Origin: Octopus sinensis
Taxonomy: Eukaryota
Assembly (NCBI RefSeq): GCF_006345805.1
Contig: NC_043020.1
Location: 12,896,001-12,960,000 of the forward strand
Direction: 5' to 3'
DNA length: 64,000 nt
How positions within the stretch are numbered: the stretch's first letter is position 1; each line of letters opens with the position of its first letter. The notes below the pieces were generated by a model, which was given only the letters and a program-made list of their open reading frames with translations, was not told the origin of the DNA and searched no databases. Of this stretch, positions 1 through 13,951 are shown one piece after another. A program made the position numbers and the translations under genes.

Positions 1-989
1 TTATTATTATTATTATTATTATTATTTTTTAAAACTAAAGGTAGAGTTGTAGATTATGATAAAGAATGACTTGTTACAAGTAAACAAATATCCAACAGTA
101 TTGATCAATGAAGCAGAATTTAAGATTTTCTCATCATTGTTTATCTTTTATAGTTAAACATTTAAGACGAATTTTCTATTAAATATTTTAACAATATTTT
201 TGACAGATTTGAGACAAAGAAATTTGAGGTAAATATTGGTTTCGAATTTTAGTACAAGGCCAGCAACTTTGGGGGAGGAAATAAGTTGATGTCATCGACC
301 CCCAGTGTTCAAGTTCTATTTATTTTATCAACCCTGAAAGGATGAAAATCAAAGTCGACTTCAGCAGGATTCGAACTCAGAACATAAAGACAGATAAGTT
401 AAGGTTAATATTGTGAATAATTGCTTATTGATTTCCTTTCAAAATCAATTAGAGAAAACATTTGATAAAAAAAAAAAAAAAAGAAAGCTCCAAAAAGAAA
501 TTCTATCAGGATGTAAAGGTGTCGAATTATATATCTTGCTTCAAAATTAAAGATTATTCACATTAATTAACGGTTGAGGATGGAACATTTGATAATAAAT
601 AATGAGTTGGTTTGGTTTCAGACCCATTAATATTTAAACTGAGTTTCTGATCTAGACTAATTACATCTTAATTAATGACATTAGAATTGTGGCAGGTGTG
701 GTAAAGTGAATGCTGCATGTGTGTGTGTATATAATGCAATCAGTGTGCATGTGTAGAAGGTGTATTTTCTCTGTATATGGTCTGAAATATGAATGCAAAA
801 TATAACTATTTTTTAAACTATTGAAATTCTACTTCTCCATGCAAACCATGCATACACTGGACGAGAAAATGAGAGAGATACACACATTCACAAGCAAACA
901 CATGTTCAAATTTTATGGTTTGAAGAAGAATGAATGAATGTGTGTGTGTGTGTGTGCATGCGTGCATATATATATGTATATCTATCTAT

Positions 990-1030
<41 letters not shown>

Positions 1031-2657
1031 ATATATATATATCACCATGATAGATCGTTAGCCACTACACACATTTTTTCTCTCCTTGTTTCTCTCCTTG
1101 TTTCTTTCTGTGTACCTTTCTGTAGAAGAGCATAGGCTCGAAACGTAAACGACTTTTTCTATTCCTGAGCGTTATACTAATACATCTGTTTGTTTTGTAC
1201 ACCACCAGTCTTCGTCTTCTGTTTTTTTCGTAAACTCTCCCTATATATATATATATATATATAGATAGATAGATAAATAGAGAGAGAGAGAGAGAGAGCT
1301 CCTTGATACACGGAATCAGTCAATCACAGCTGTGCTGGAATCCCATTGAATCAATCCTGTAGCCCTTCTAATGTCAGAATTGATGGTATCAAGGATGCAC
1401 TATATATATAATATATATTGGCCTGCTCGCTTAGCCAGTGGGTCGGCGTCATTTGAAGGCTAAAACAATGCGAAGCACATTGTGACCAGCGATGTGTAGC
1501 AACATCTGATAGCCTGGTCGGTTCATCATCCTCATCATATTATATATATATATATATATATATAAAGGTGTCAACCGAATTTCATTTGTTTGGTACTGGA
1601 CAAGGTGCCACTCACTAGGATTGAACCTGAAACCACGCGGTTGTAAAGCAAACTTATTAATCACATTGCCATGCCTGTGTTTGTCTCTCTGTTTATTCTC
1701 TATAATCCAAATGAAAAGATACTGTTCAAAAATTTTCTAATTATATAAAATATATCTGCAAGGAATACAACCTCTTAACATTAATACTAAATATCTAAAT
1801 GTGTGTTATGTTTGTGCATATGTTGGTTGAACATATATGTTTTACTAATGTTCTTCTGTCGGATGGGTGGGTCTCTAAATTTATTTCAGTAGTTGAAGAA
1901 TAACAAGCCATCTCTTTTTATTAGTGGGTGATTTTTTTTAAAACTTGATTTATGATAAAATACTTGACAAGGCAGTAATAGTAAAATAGGTTATTACTAA
2001 CACAAATACAGTTAATGAGTTAACAGATACGGTTAACGAGTATTGTTTAAACTAGAAATGGTCTGTAAAGGAGTGGTTCAGATTGGAAATGGGAAAGAAA
2101 AGGAAATGTGCTGTGGGAGCCGTACAGAATGGTATAGACCCTATGATGCCCTTCATCAGAGAATAGCATAAACCATGTCTATATAAGCTGATCAAAATAA
2201 ATAAATTTATAATTAGCTACTTAAGTACCAATGCAAAAAAAAAAAGCAATCTAAAATAAAATATACAAAGCTTTAATGAAAAAATAAAATTGAGATAGGA
2301 TTTAATGTCCAAATTTAATTATTGAATAAATTTTGTTTTTAGATAGAAAAGAAAATGAAATATTTTAGATGGATCCAACCCTTTGGAATTTAAACCATAT
2401 TCAGCCCATATATTTTTGTTACATGTTCAAACTGGCCAGATCTGGCCTTTCACACCTACCCTACTATGCCATTGTAAAAGTAAGCAGTTACATCAACAAA
2501 ATCTTGAAGTTATGAGATAATGCATGATTAATTGAAAATAATGTGAATAAATAAGGATTACATTTGATAGAGGAATCTGGAATGCTTGAGGGTTAAATTC
2601 TAGGTTTGGTATTTGTAAATTCTTCAGAGAATATCATAATACGAAGCTCAAAGATTG

Positions 2658-2980
2658 GTAACAAAAAACAGATAAACAATAACTAGGAGTTTTAAGTAAT
2701 TTTTAGAATTCATTTCAGGTGTTTAACCACACCCTCTCCCCCTGTTAATTAATTGCAGGACTGTAATTGAATGGTGGGTGGGGAAATGGTTAAATATTTA
2801 AAAAGATTTATGTGGTAACAAAAAAAAACAAAAAAACAGATAAACAATAACTAGGAGTTTTAAGTAATTTTTAGAATTCATTTCAGGTGTTTAACCACAC
2901 CCTCTCCCCCTGTTAATTAATTGCAGGACTGTAATTGAATGGTGGGTGGGGGAATGGTTAAATATTTAAAAAGATTTATG
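2658..2980. repeat. Tandem duplication of about 160 bp
   Basis: 2658-2812 repeated at 2814-2980. Confidence 0.9.
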
Positions 2981-3163
2981 AGAAACTGGAACTAAATTTC
3001 AGTTAAAATTGGGGCAAAAAAAAATAATTAAAATGAACTGCATAGCAATATTTTAAAAATAATAATAAAAAAAATTATAACAATAGCATTTAGAACAATA
3101 ATGGATGTAAATAATATTAATTATAATAATAATAATAATGATAATAATAATAATGACAATAAT

Positions 3164-3195
<32 letters not shown>

Positions 3196-3527
3196 ATAAT
3201 CATAATAAAAAAAAAATTAATGCTTAAAGAAAAATGAAAAGGAAAAAAAAAAATCAAAAATGCAAAACTGAAAAAAATGAGAGACGACATAGAAAGCAAA
3301 CAACATTGGCAGGAAATTAAGAAAATCCACCTCACAAATTTACACAGACAGAATTTAGAAACAGAAAATTTAATACTTTAACAAAAAATATTTAAAAAAA
3401 TAAATTTTTCTACCTGCTTTAAAATTATTGTAATTCTTTTTTTTAGTGCAGCATTTTATATATAATTATGTGTATGTATGTGCATGTGTGTATGTATATG
3501 TATGTATATATATATGTTTATACAAAT

Positions 3528-3562
<35 letters not shown>

Positions 3563-3774
3563 GATATATATACATATTTATACACATACATATTAGGTTG
3601 TAACAAAAGTTCATACTGTTTTTTTTTTAATTGGCAGCATTTAAATATGTGATTTTGTTTCTCGTGTGACAGAAGAATTTGGCTAGTATATGTTTTCAGA
3701 ACGTGACATTTCAAGATGTCTTTCTATATGGTTACTGTGTGGATAGTTTATTTTTCGGTGGCATGTAAGCGAAC

Positions 3775-4130
3775 CATCTGAACATGGCCATTGCCAACGT
3801 GCCTCCATGCCGGTGACACGTAAAAAGCACCATCCGATCGTGGCCATTTGCCAGCCTCGCATCGCCCCCGTGCCGGTGACACATAAAAAGCACCATCCGA
3901 CTGTGGCCGTTTGCCAGCCTCGTCTGGCACCAGTGACGGTGGCACGTAAAAAGCACCCACTACACTCACGGAGTGGTTGGCATTAGGAAGGGCATCCATC
4001 CATAGAAACATTACCAGATCAGACTGGGCCTGGTGCAGCCTTCTGGCTTCCCAGACCCCAGTTGAACCGTCCAACCCATGCTAGCATGGAAAGCGGACGC
4101 TAAATGATAAAGAAGAAGAAGAAGAAGAAG
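3775..4130 (+). mobile_element. Retroposon family with internal GGCACGTAAAAAGCACC subrepeats and a triplet-repeat tail; copies near 26115-26385, 45450-45670, 49220-49470(-), 60030-60500
   Basis: Multiple near-identical copies with variable 5' truncation. Confidence 0.85.
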
Positions 4131-4454
4131 TTTTACATTAAAAGGGAATATGGAGGGAAATGAGATAGTTTTGTCATTTGATGCTCTTCTATTTCTGGAA
4201 AGGAAAAAAAAAATTGCTGTACAAACAGCAAAAAGAGTCATGTGCAGTTTATGGAAATGGTACCATTGCTGAGAGGACAGTTTGTAAGTGGTTCACTAGG
4301 ATTAGAAGTGAAAATTTTCATCTAGAAGACTATGAATATTCCAGAAGGCCTACAGTCGTTGATGATGACCAAATCAAAATGCTGATCAAAAAATAGTCCA
4401 GGTCACACAACAGGAGACATTGCAAAAATACTCAACATATTTCATATATATATA

Positions 4455-5060
4455 TATAATAATATGAGGGAATATTATTTCAAACTTACAGGGAAAAATT
4501 GAATTTAGAAATACTAAATCAAATTTCACAAAATATAATATATATATAAATTAGAAAAAAACCTACCTTTTATCAATTCAAGGTATACTTTAATTTTTCA
4601 TTATTGAATTGCTAAAAGGTGTTTTTTTTCTAATGGAGTTGAACGAAGATGTTATTAAAATTCTTTTACTTTCGACATATGTTTTGAAGACAGCCTATCT
4701 CAACAACAAGACATTATAACAATTACGATTGTAATTGTTATAATGTCTTGCTGTTAAGATAGGCTCTCTTTCTTTCCTGGTGAGAAGATTGCATTTTACA
4801 CCGTTTATTCCTTTGGAATAAAACCAATGTTGTCTTCGAAACATATGTCGCAAGTAAAAGAATTTTAATAACATTTTCGTTCAACTCCATTTATTTACTT
4901 ATAATACACAAATTACTACAGATTAACCCGGAGTTTCTACCTTTGAATAGGTCGCTTCATCCGTGTTACTTGCGTAAATTTTGCTACCATGGTAACTGTT
5001 TATTGAATTTTCCATGTTAACAGTAAACAAAGGATAATTCATTCATCGATTTATATATAA
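4455..5060. mobile_element. Penelope-like fold-back element(s) nested in the mariner
   Basis: Inverted repeats 4550-4581/4604-4634, 4633-4692/4831-4890 and hairpin 4693-4765, plus degenerate hammerhead, TA-rich flanks. Confidence 0.5.
4772..4854 (+). ncRNA. Degenerate hammerhead ribozyme (duplicate at 6316-6398)
   Basis: CTTTC-CTGGTGA-GAAGA...TCTTC-GAA-AC(ATAT)GT-C/GCAAG; one core and one stem I substitution. Confidence 0.55.
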
Positions 5061-5081
5061 ATGTATGTATGTATATATATG

Positions 5082-5276
5082 AAAGTCTCGCAGAAAATAC
5101 AGAACCCCAGCGATGTTGCACATCTGCAGCAGGAGTTGGACTCAATTTACAGATGGGCTGAGGATAATAATATGCAGTTTAGTGCTGAAAAATTCCAAGC
5201 CCTGCACTACCAGCATCCAAAACTGAATATGAAGCATACAGAGTACACTGGTCGACAGGGAATTTCAATCCAGAAC
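5082..5276 (+). mobile_element. LINE reverse transcriptase fragment (CR1/Jockey-like); duplicate at 6624-6820
   Basis: LQQELDSIYRWAEDNNMQFSAEK matches the LQxDLxxxxxWxxxxxMxFNxxK segment downstream of YADD. Confidence 0.75.
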
Positions 5277-6117
5277 CTATGAATATTCCAGAAGGCCTAC
5301 AGTCGTTGATGATGACCAAATCAAAACACTAATCAAAAAATAATCCAGGTCACACATCAGAAGACATTGCAGAAATATTCCACAGAGTTCATGTGTGAAT
5401 CTTTATGATTTTGGGTGCCTCGTCATTTCAATCTGGGATTCTCTGCTCAAAAGGACCCATTTTTGAAAAGAAGGATCACAGGTGATTGAAAAATGGATTG
5501 TTTTTTAAACAATGTGGAATAATAATAATAAAAAAAAAAAAAAAACCCTAGAGAAAATTAAATGAATCACCTTTAATGATTCCAAAAGCTGGTCAATATC
5601 GAAAGAATGTGATGCCTTTTATTTGGTGGTATAGGAACAGTGTTGTGTATTCGCAAAATCTGATGTTGAATTCAAACAATTATTGTTCCCAGTTATGCAA
5701 ATTAAACGGGGCACTCAATGATAAATACTCAGAATTAGCCAATCGGAAGCATCTTGCTTTTCTTTAGGCAATGCTAGGCTTCATGTTTCCTTGAAGACTC
5801 AGCAGAAATTGGTACACTTTGGGTGGGATGTTCTACTACACTGACTGCACTCATCTGACCTTGTACCTTCAGATTACCATTTATTTTGATGCCTATAAAG
5901 TTCTCCTAATTGGAAGAACTTCAGTTCTTTGGAAGACTGTAAAAACCACTTGAACTGAAAGGGGCTAAGTTATAAGAGGAAAGGATCAGGAAGCTGCCTC
6001 AAAGATGGCAAAAGGGGGTGAAACAAAATGGGACATGTGATTGAATAAATATCTAAATGTTGTTTTAACATTTAACTCAAAAAGCAGTACGAACTTTTGT
6101 TCCAACCCAATATATAT

Positions 6118-6172
<55 letters not shown>

Positions 6173-8764
6173 AATAAAGGAGTTGAACGAAGATGTTATT
6201 AAAATTCTTTTACTTTCGACATATGTTTTGAAGACAGCCTATCTCAACAACAAGACATTATAACAATTACGATTGTAATTGTTATAATGTCTTGCTGTTA
6301 AGATAGGCTCTCTTTCTTTCCTGGTGAGAAGATTGCATTTTACACCGTTTATTCCTTTGGAATAAAACCAATGTTGTCTTCGATACATATGTCGCAAGTA
6401 AAAGAATTTTAATAACATTTTCGTTCAACTCCATTTATTTACTTATAATACACAAATTACTACAGATTAACCCGGAGTTTCTACCTTTGAATAGGTCGCT
6501 TCATCCGTGTTACTTGCGTAAATTTTGCTACCCTGGTAACTGTTTATTGAATTTTCCATGTTAACAGTAAACAAAGGATAATTCATTCATCGATTTATAT
6601 ATAAATGTATGTATGTATATATATGAAAGTCTCGCAGAAAATACAGAACCCCAGCGATGTTGCACATCTGCAGCAGGAGTTGGACTCAATTTACAGATGG
6701 GCTGAGGATAATAATATGCAGTTTAGTGCTGAAAAATTCCAAGCCCTGCACTACCAGCATCCAAAACTGAATATGAAGCATACAGAGTACACTGGTCGAC
6801 AGGGAATTTCAATCCCAGAACCTATGAATATTCCAGAAGGCCTACAGTCGTTGATGATGACCAAATCAAAACACTAATCAAAAAATAATCCAGGTCACAC
6901 ATCAGAAGACATTGCAGAAATATTCCACAGAGTTCATGTGTGAATCTTTATGATTTTGGGTGCCTCGTCATTTCAATCTGGGATTCTCTGCTCAAAAGGA
7001 CCCATTTTTGAAAAGAAAGATCACAGGTGATTGAAAAATGGATTGTTTTTTAAACAATGTGGAATAATAATAATAAAAAAAAAAAAAAAAACCCCTAGAG
7101 AAAATTAAATGAATCACCTTTAATGATTCCAAAAGCTGGTCAATATCGAAAGAATGTGATGCCTTTTATTTGGTGGTATAGGAACAGTGTTGTGTATTCG
7201 CAAAATCTGATGTTGAATTCAAACAATTATTGTTCCCAGTTATGCAAATTAAACGGGGCACTCAATGATAAATACTCAGAATTAGCCAATCGGAAGCATC
7301 TTGCTTTTCTTTAGGCAATGCTAGGCTTCATGTTTCCTTGAAGACTCAGCAGAAATTGGTACACTTTGGGTGGGATGTTCTACTACACTGACTGCACTCA
7401 TCTGACCTTGTACCTTCAGATTACCATTTATTTTGATGCCTATAAAGTTCTCCTAATTGGAAGAACTTCAGTTCTTTGGAAGACTGTAAAAACCACTTGA
7501 ACTGAAAGGGGCTAAGTTATAAGAGGAAAGGATCAGGAAGCTGCCTCAAAGATGGCAAAAGGGGGTGAAACAAAATGGGACATGTGATTGAATAAATATC
7601 TAAATGTTGTTTTAACATTTAACTCAAAAAGCAGTACGAACTTTTGTTCCAACCCAATATATATATACATACATACATACATACATAATATATATATATA
7701 TATATACACACACATACACACATATACATAAATATAAATGTATACATATATGTGTGCATATGTATATATGTATGTATATATGTGTGTATATAGATGTGTG
7801 TGTGTATATATATGTGCATATATGTATACATATATATGTGTGTATGCATATATGTGAGTGTATATATATGTGTGTGTGTGTGTATACATATATATGTGTG
7901 CATATATGTAAATACATATATATATATGTGTGCATATGTATAAATACATATGTATATATGTGTGTGTATATATATGTATATATATACATATACATACATA
8001 TATATATATATACATATATACATATATATATATATATACATATATACATGTATATATACATAAATATATATATATAAATATATGTATGTATATATGAGCA
8101 TATATATATGTATATATACATATATATGTATAATATATGTATATATATGTGTGTGTGTATATACATATATATGCACACACACAAACACGCAAACACACAC
8201 ACACACAATACAAACATACACATGCACACATATATACACACATCGATATACATGCATGTGTGTCTTTGTTTCAAAATTGTTATGCTTAGATTTAAATTAT
8301 TTGTGTAGATAAAGCGTAGAAATATACAAAAAAACAAAAAATGGTTAAAAAAAAAATAATAAATAATAATAATAATAAAAATGGGAAAGAATTTATAAAG
8401 TTAAGATTTTCAGTTGACTATATCTGTTAGTATTGCCTTCTTGTTGATACACTATCCTTCCAAAGGTTTTGGGACTAGAGTTTGGCCATATAATATGCCA
8501 GCAATTTTAAAGAGCTTATACGGAAAATAATTATAATTATCTAAAATTATTTGTAATTTGTAGAAAATTTGTAAAATATGCCAAATAGTACATGTTAACA
8601 AAAAATAGTAAAAAAAAAAATAATGGATGAATGTTAATAAAAAGAGAAGGGGGAAAATTCTTTGGAAAACGATATTTTTCATTAAGTCTTGGTTCCAAGA
8701 TTGTGGACATCTGATCTAAGTGTGGCGTTTAGAGAGAAGAAAGGTTTATACATCCCAAGACAGA

Positions 8765-8815
<51 letters not shown>

Positions 8816-10293
8816 AAGAGAGTGAGAGTGAGAGAAAGAGAGAGAGACGAGGAAATGAAACAAGGCTGACAGAAGGCAAACAAAGAATTTGATGTAAAGA
8901 CTGTAGCCTGGCCTGACTGTAATATATCTTTTAATTGGTACGCACTAGTGAAGCGGTAGGAGGAGAGGCAGCAGCAAAAGCAGAATGGTAGAATTGTATT
9001 AGAAGAGAGAGAGAGAGAGTGTGTGTGTGTGTGGTGTGTGTCTGTCTTTTTTTTTTGTACTTTTTTCTTGTTTCAGTCATTTGACTGCGGCCATGCTGGA
9101 GCACTGCCTTTAGTCGAGCAAATCGACCCCGGGACTTAATTTTTTTGTAAGCCTAGTACTTATTCTATTGGTCTCTTTTGCTGAACCGCTAAGTTACGGG
9201 GATGTAAACACACCAGCATCGGTTGTCAAGCAATGTTGAAGGGACAAACATAGACACACAAACATATACACACACACATACATATATACGGCGGGCCTCT
9301 TTCAGTTTCCGTCTACCAAATCCACTCACAAGGCTTTGGTCAGCCCGAGGCTATAGTAGAAGACACTTGCCCAAGGTTCCACGCAGTTGGACTGAACCCA
9401 GAATCATGTGGTTTGTTAGCAAGCTATTTACCACACAGCCACTCCTACGCCTAATACTTAATACTTAATACTATTTTGTAAATATTATTTTTGCCAAAAC
9501 CACTAAGTTACAGGGATGTAAATGCACCAACACCAGTTGTTAAGCAATGGTGGTGGGGGACAAACACATATACAAAAACACACACACATGACAAACTTCT
9601 TTCAGTTTCTGTTTACCAAATCTACTTGCAAGGCTTTGGTCAGCTTGTGGTTATAGCAGAAGATATTTGCTCAAGGTACCATGCAGTGGGACCAAACCCA
9701 AAACTAAGTGGCTGGGAAACAAACTTCTCACCACAGAGCCACAGACCTCTCAGAGTCCATGAGGCAAAGAAAACCTAACATTTATATATGTAGAGAAGAA
9801 TTTGGGAAATTTGCCACAATGGGCCAATAAACTTCTATTGTATAATTTGTAAATATGTGCATATATATTGTATAATTTATAAATATATGTATGTATATAA
9901 ATATGTGTGAATATATGTATAATTTATAAATATGTGTGTATACATCCAAAATGAGTCCTGCAAACGACGTTCTTCCTTACACAAAGACACACCAATTTGT
10001 GACAAATGTTCTGATGAAACAGGATAACCTATTTTGTTGAATTCATAGTTTGGAATAAAACTTGTGGATCTTAAGATTTCACACTTTGGGTTCTGTATTC
10101 TAAGTGACCTGACCATGTTTCTCTGAATTAGTCAAATCTAAGAATATATGTGTATGTATGTGTGTATACACGCATATATATATATTATATATATATATAT
10201 ATATATAATATAATTTGTAGAACGTTATACATGCTGGATTTCAGTTGAGCGTTTTGTATCTAGTTCTGGAAATTGTGTTTTATAAACGACAGA

Positions 10294-10367
10294 CTTGCTG
10301 CTGATCTTGCAGATGTTCGCGTATGCACACACGTGAATATTAACAAGTGAAACTAATTAGTACATAG
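10294..10367 (+). ncRNA. Degenerate duplicate of the 12192 hammerhead
   Basis: Same sequence except core CTGCTGA and a 1-nt loss in stem I. Confidence 0.6.
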
Positions 10368-12031
10368 GTAATCGTTTTTTATTTCGTATATTTTCATTTG
10401 TCTTGCTTATTTTTACACTTTGGGTTTTTGCTGAGTTTTTCTTGAGAACAAATTCTTCGTGGAAAATGGTGATTTATATCTAGCGTATAGGCTGTCCACT
10501 TTTAGTGGTCAGTCCTCTAAATTTTGTATGTAAAAATTTTTCATCTTCGAATGAAAAACAAATATGCTAGGCCATTGGTTTTAATTGATTAATATCATTT
10601 TCTACCCTTATTTAATTATATATATATATATATATGTATGTATACACACACACACACACATAGCCACACACATATACATGTATGTATGGTATGTTTATAC
10701 AGACCACATCAAGCACCATTATAATACTAGTTAACACCAATATGAAATTGGAATTAAAAAAACTGACCCCTCCTACCTAACTAGAATGAGTTAGTGTCCT
10801 GATTAATTTCCTTAGATTTAATTGTTGATTCCATCAAATGGTACAAATAGTCGGTCTAGCTGCACAGACAGACATGGTTCAAGTCTTGGAACCAGATTTG
10901 GTGGTTTACTTTCATCTCAAAATAATATTTAAAAAAAGGTGCAGGAGTGGCCGTGTGGTAAGTAGCTTGCTTACAGACCACATGGTTCTGGGGTCAGTCC
11001 CACTGTGTGACACCTTGGGGAAAGTTCTTTCTGCTATAGCCTCAGGTTGACCAAAGCCTTGTGAGTGGATTTGATGGATGGAAACTGAAAGAAGCTCATC
11101 ATATATATGTGTGTGTGTGTGTGTGTGTGTATGTTTGTGTGTCTGTGTTTGCTTGACAACCGATGTTGGTGTGTCTATGTCCCCATAACCTACAATTCGG
11201 CAAAAAAGACTGATAGAACAAGTGCTAGGCTTACAAAAAAAAATAAATTCTGGGGTCAATTTGTTTGACCAAAGGTGGTGCTCCAGCATGGCTGCAGTCA
11301 AATGACTGAAACAAATAAAAGAATAAAAGAGTTAAAGAGTAAAGTATGATTCATTGACCAAATTCACATCAGTCAAATAGGAAGCAGTTCTAGATTTCTC
11401 ATTTATCTTAGTTTGGATCTTAATCAATTTGAATAAGTAGAAATAATGATGTTTAATAATAACTGGATGTATATGCTCTAGATTTTAAACTCATAACATT
11501 GAGCAATCATGGTAAAAGTGCAGTTCTGCAAGACTTTCTGAATGACGGGCCAATGAAAAATGGCCTTTTAGTAGTGCAGCCTGTGTGATGAGTGATGTCT
11601 CATGTTGTCCACTTCATGAAAATGTTGCTCAGATGGTGCAGGTAAAGCTGATGGTAAAAAGTTTGTTTCATAGCCATGTGGTTCTGGGTTCAATCTCACT
11701 GCTTGCCACTTTGGGCAAGCATCTTCTACTATAGCCCTGGGACAACCAAAGTCTTGTGAGTGGATTTGATAGACATAAATTGAAAGAAACCCCCTCGTAT
11801 ATATGTATGTGTGTGTATATGTGTTTGTACATGTGTTTGACTTCACCACAGTTTGACAACCTGTGTTGGTTTGTTTATGTCACTGTAACTTTACAGTCTG
11901 GCAAAAAAGGACTGAACCTAGAACTTCTTGATTGCAAAACAAATTTTGTAACCATTTGGCTATGCTGCAGCCACATATTTCATTTTACATATATATATGT
12001 GTGTGCGTGTATATACACACACTCATATCTA

Positions 12032-12097
<66 letters not shown>

Positions 12098-12191
12098 TAT
12101 ATATAATATATATTATATAATCGTTATACATGCTGGATTTCAGTTGAGCGTTTGTATCTAGTTCTGGAAATTGTGTTTTATAAACGACAGA

Positions 12192-12266
12192 CTATGCTGA
12201 TGATCTTGCAGATGTTCGCGTATGCACACACGTGAATATTAACAAGTGAAACTAATTAGTACATAG
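12192..12266 (+). ncRNA. Type I hammerhead ribozyme with extended stem II
   Basis: CTATG-CTGATGA-T-CTTG..ATGTTCGCGT(ATGCACAC)ACGTGAATAT..CAAG-T-GAA-ACT(AATT)AGT-A/CATAG; cut predicted after 12261. Confidence 0.8.
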
Positions 12267-13951
12267 GTAATCGTTTTTTATTTCGTATATTTTCATTTGT
12301 CTTGCTTATTTTTACACTTTGGTTTTTTGCTGAGTTTTTTCTTGAGAACAAATTCTTCGTGGAAAATGGTGATTTATATCTAGCGTATAGGCTGTCCACT
12401 TTTAGTGGTCAGTCCTCTAAATTTTGTATGTAAAAAATTTTTCATCTTCGAATGAAAAACAAATATGCTAGGCCATTGGTTTTAATTGATTAATATCATT
12501 TTCTACCCTTATTTAATTATATATATATATATATATGTATGTATACACACACACACACACATAGCCACACACATATACATGTATGTATGGTATGTTTATA
12601 CAGACCACATCAAGCACCATTATAATACTAGTTAACACCAATATGAAATTGGAATTAAAAAAACTGACCCCTCCTACCTAACTAGAATGAGTTAGTGTCC
12701 TGATTAATTTCCTTAGATTTAATTGTTGATTCCATCAAATGGTACAAATAGTCGGTCTAGCTGCACAGACAGACATGGTTCAAGTCTTGGAACCAGATTT
12801 GGTGGTTTACTTTCATCTCAAATAATATTTAAAAAAAGGTGCAGGAGTGGCCGTGTGGTAAGTAGCTTGCTTACAGACCACATGGTTCTGGGGTCAGTCC
12901 CACTGTGTGACACCTTGGGGAAAGTTCTTTCTGCTATAGCCTCAGTTGACCAAAGCCTTGTGAGTGGATTTGATGGATGGAAACTGAAAGAAGCTCATCA
13001 TATATATGTGTGGTGTGTGTGTTTGTGTTGTTTGTGTGTCTGTGTTTGCTTGACAACCGATGTTGGTGTGTCTATGTCCCCATAACCTACAATTCGGCAA
13101 AAAAGACTGATAGAACAAGTGCTAGGCTTACAAAAAAAAATAATTCTGGGGTCAATTTGTTTGACCAAAGGTGGTGCTCCAGCATGGCTGCAGTCAATGA
13201 CTGAAACAAATAAAAGAATAAAAGAGTTAAAGAGTAAAGTATGATTCATTGACCAAATTCACATCAGTCAAATAGGAAGCAGTTCTAGATTTCTCATTTA
13301 TCTTAGTTTGGATCTTAATCAATTTTAATAAGTAGAAATAATATGTTTAATAATAACTGGGTATATGCTCTAGATTTTAACTCATAACATTGAGCAATCA
13401 TGGTAAAAGTGCAGTTCTGCAAGACTTTCTGAATGACGGGCCAATGAAAAAGGCCTTTTAGTAGTGCAGCCTGTGTGATGAGTGATGTCTCATGTTGTCC
13501 ACTTCTGAAAATGTTGCTCAGATGGTGCAGGTAAAGCTGATGGTAAAAAGTTTGTTTCATAGCCATGTGGTTTGGGTTCAATCTCACTGCTTGCCACTTT
13601 GGGCAAGCATCTTCTATAGCCCTGGGACAACCAAAGTCTTGTGAGTGGATTTGATAGACATAAATTGAAAGAAACCCCCTCGTATATATGTATGTGTGTG
13701 TATATGTGTTTGTACATGTGTTTGACTTCACCACAGTTTGACAACCTGTGTTGGTTTGTTTATGTCACTGTAACTTTACAGTCTGGCAAAAAAGGACTGA
13801 ACCTAGAACTTCTTGATTGCAAAACAAATTTTGTAACCATTTGGCTATGCTGCAGCCACATATTTCATTTTACATATATATATGTGTGTGCGTGTATATA
13901 CACACACTCATATCTATCTACTTCTCTCTCTCTCTCCTCTCTCTCTCTCTA

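Larger units (their letters stand above)
3591..6112 (+). mobile_element. Decayed mariner (DD34D-type) transposon with nested insertions
   Basis: TIRs TATTAGGTTGTAACAAAAGTTCATACTG / CAGTACGAACTTTTGTTCCAACCCAATA; remnants of HTH (ERTVCKWFTR), WVPR, ITGD, HSSDLVPSDYHLF; many stops and frameshifts. Confidence 0.85.
4635..7685. repeat. Tandem duplication of about 1.5 kb (4635-6135 and 6179-7685)
   Basis: Near-identical; only a handful of substitutions or indels seen. Confidence 0.95.

Noticed and set aside
7533-8337. YI/CV/HT-rich ORFs here and at 15.8-19.7, 23.5 and 38.9-39.9 kb
   Set aside because: Dinucleotide microsatellite translations
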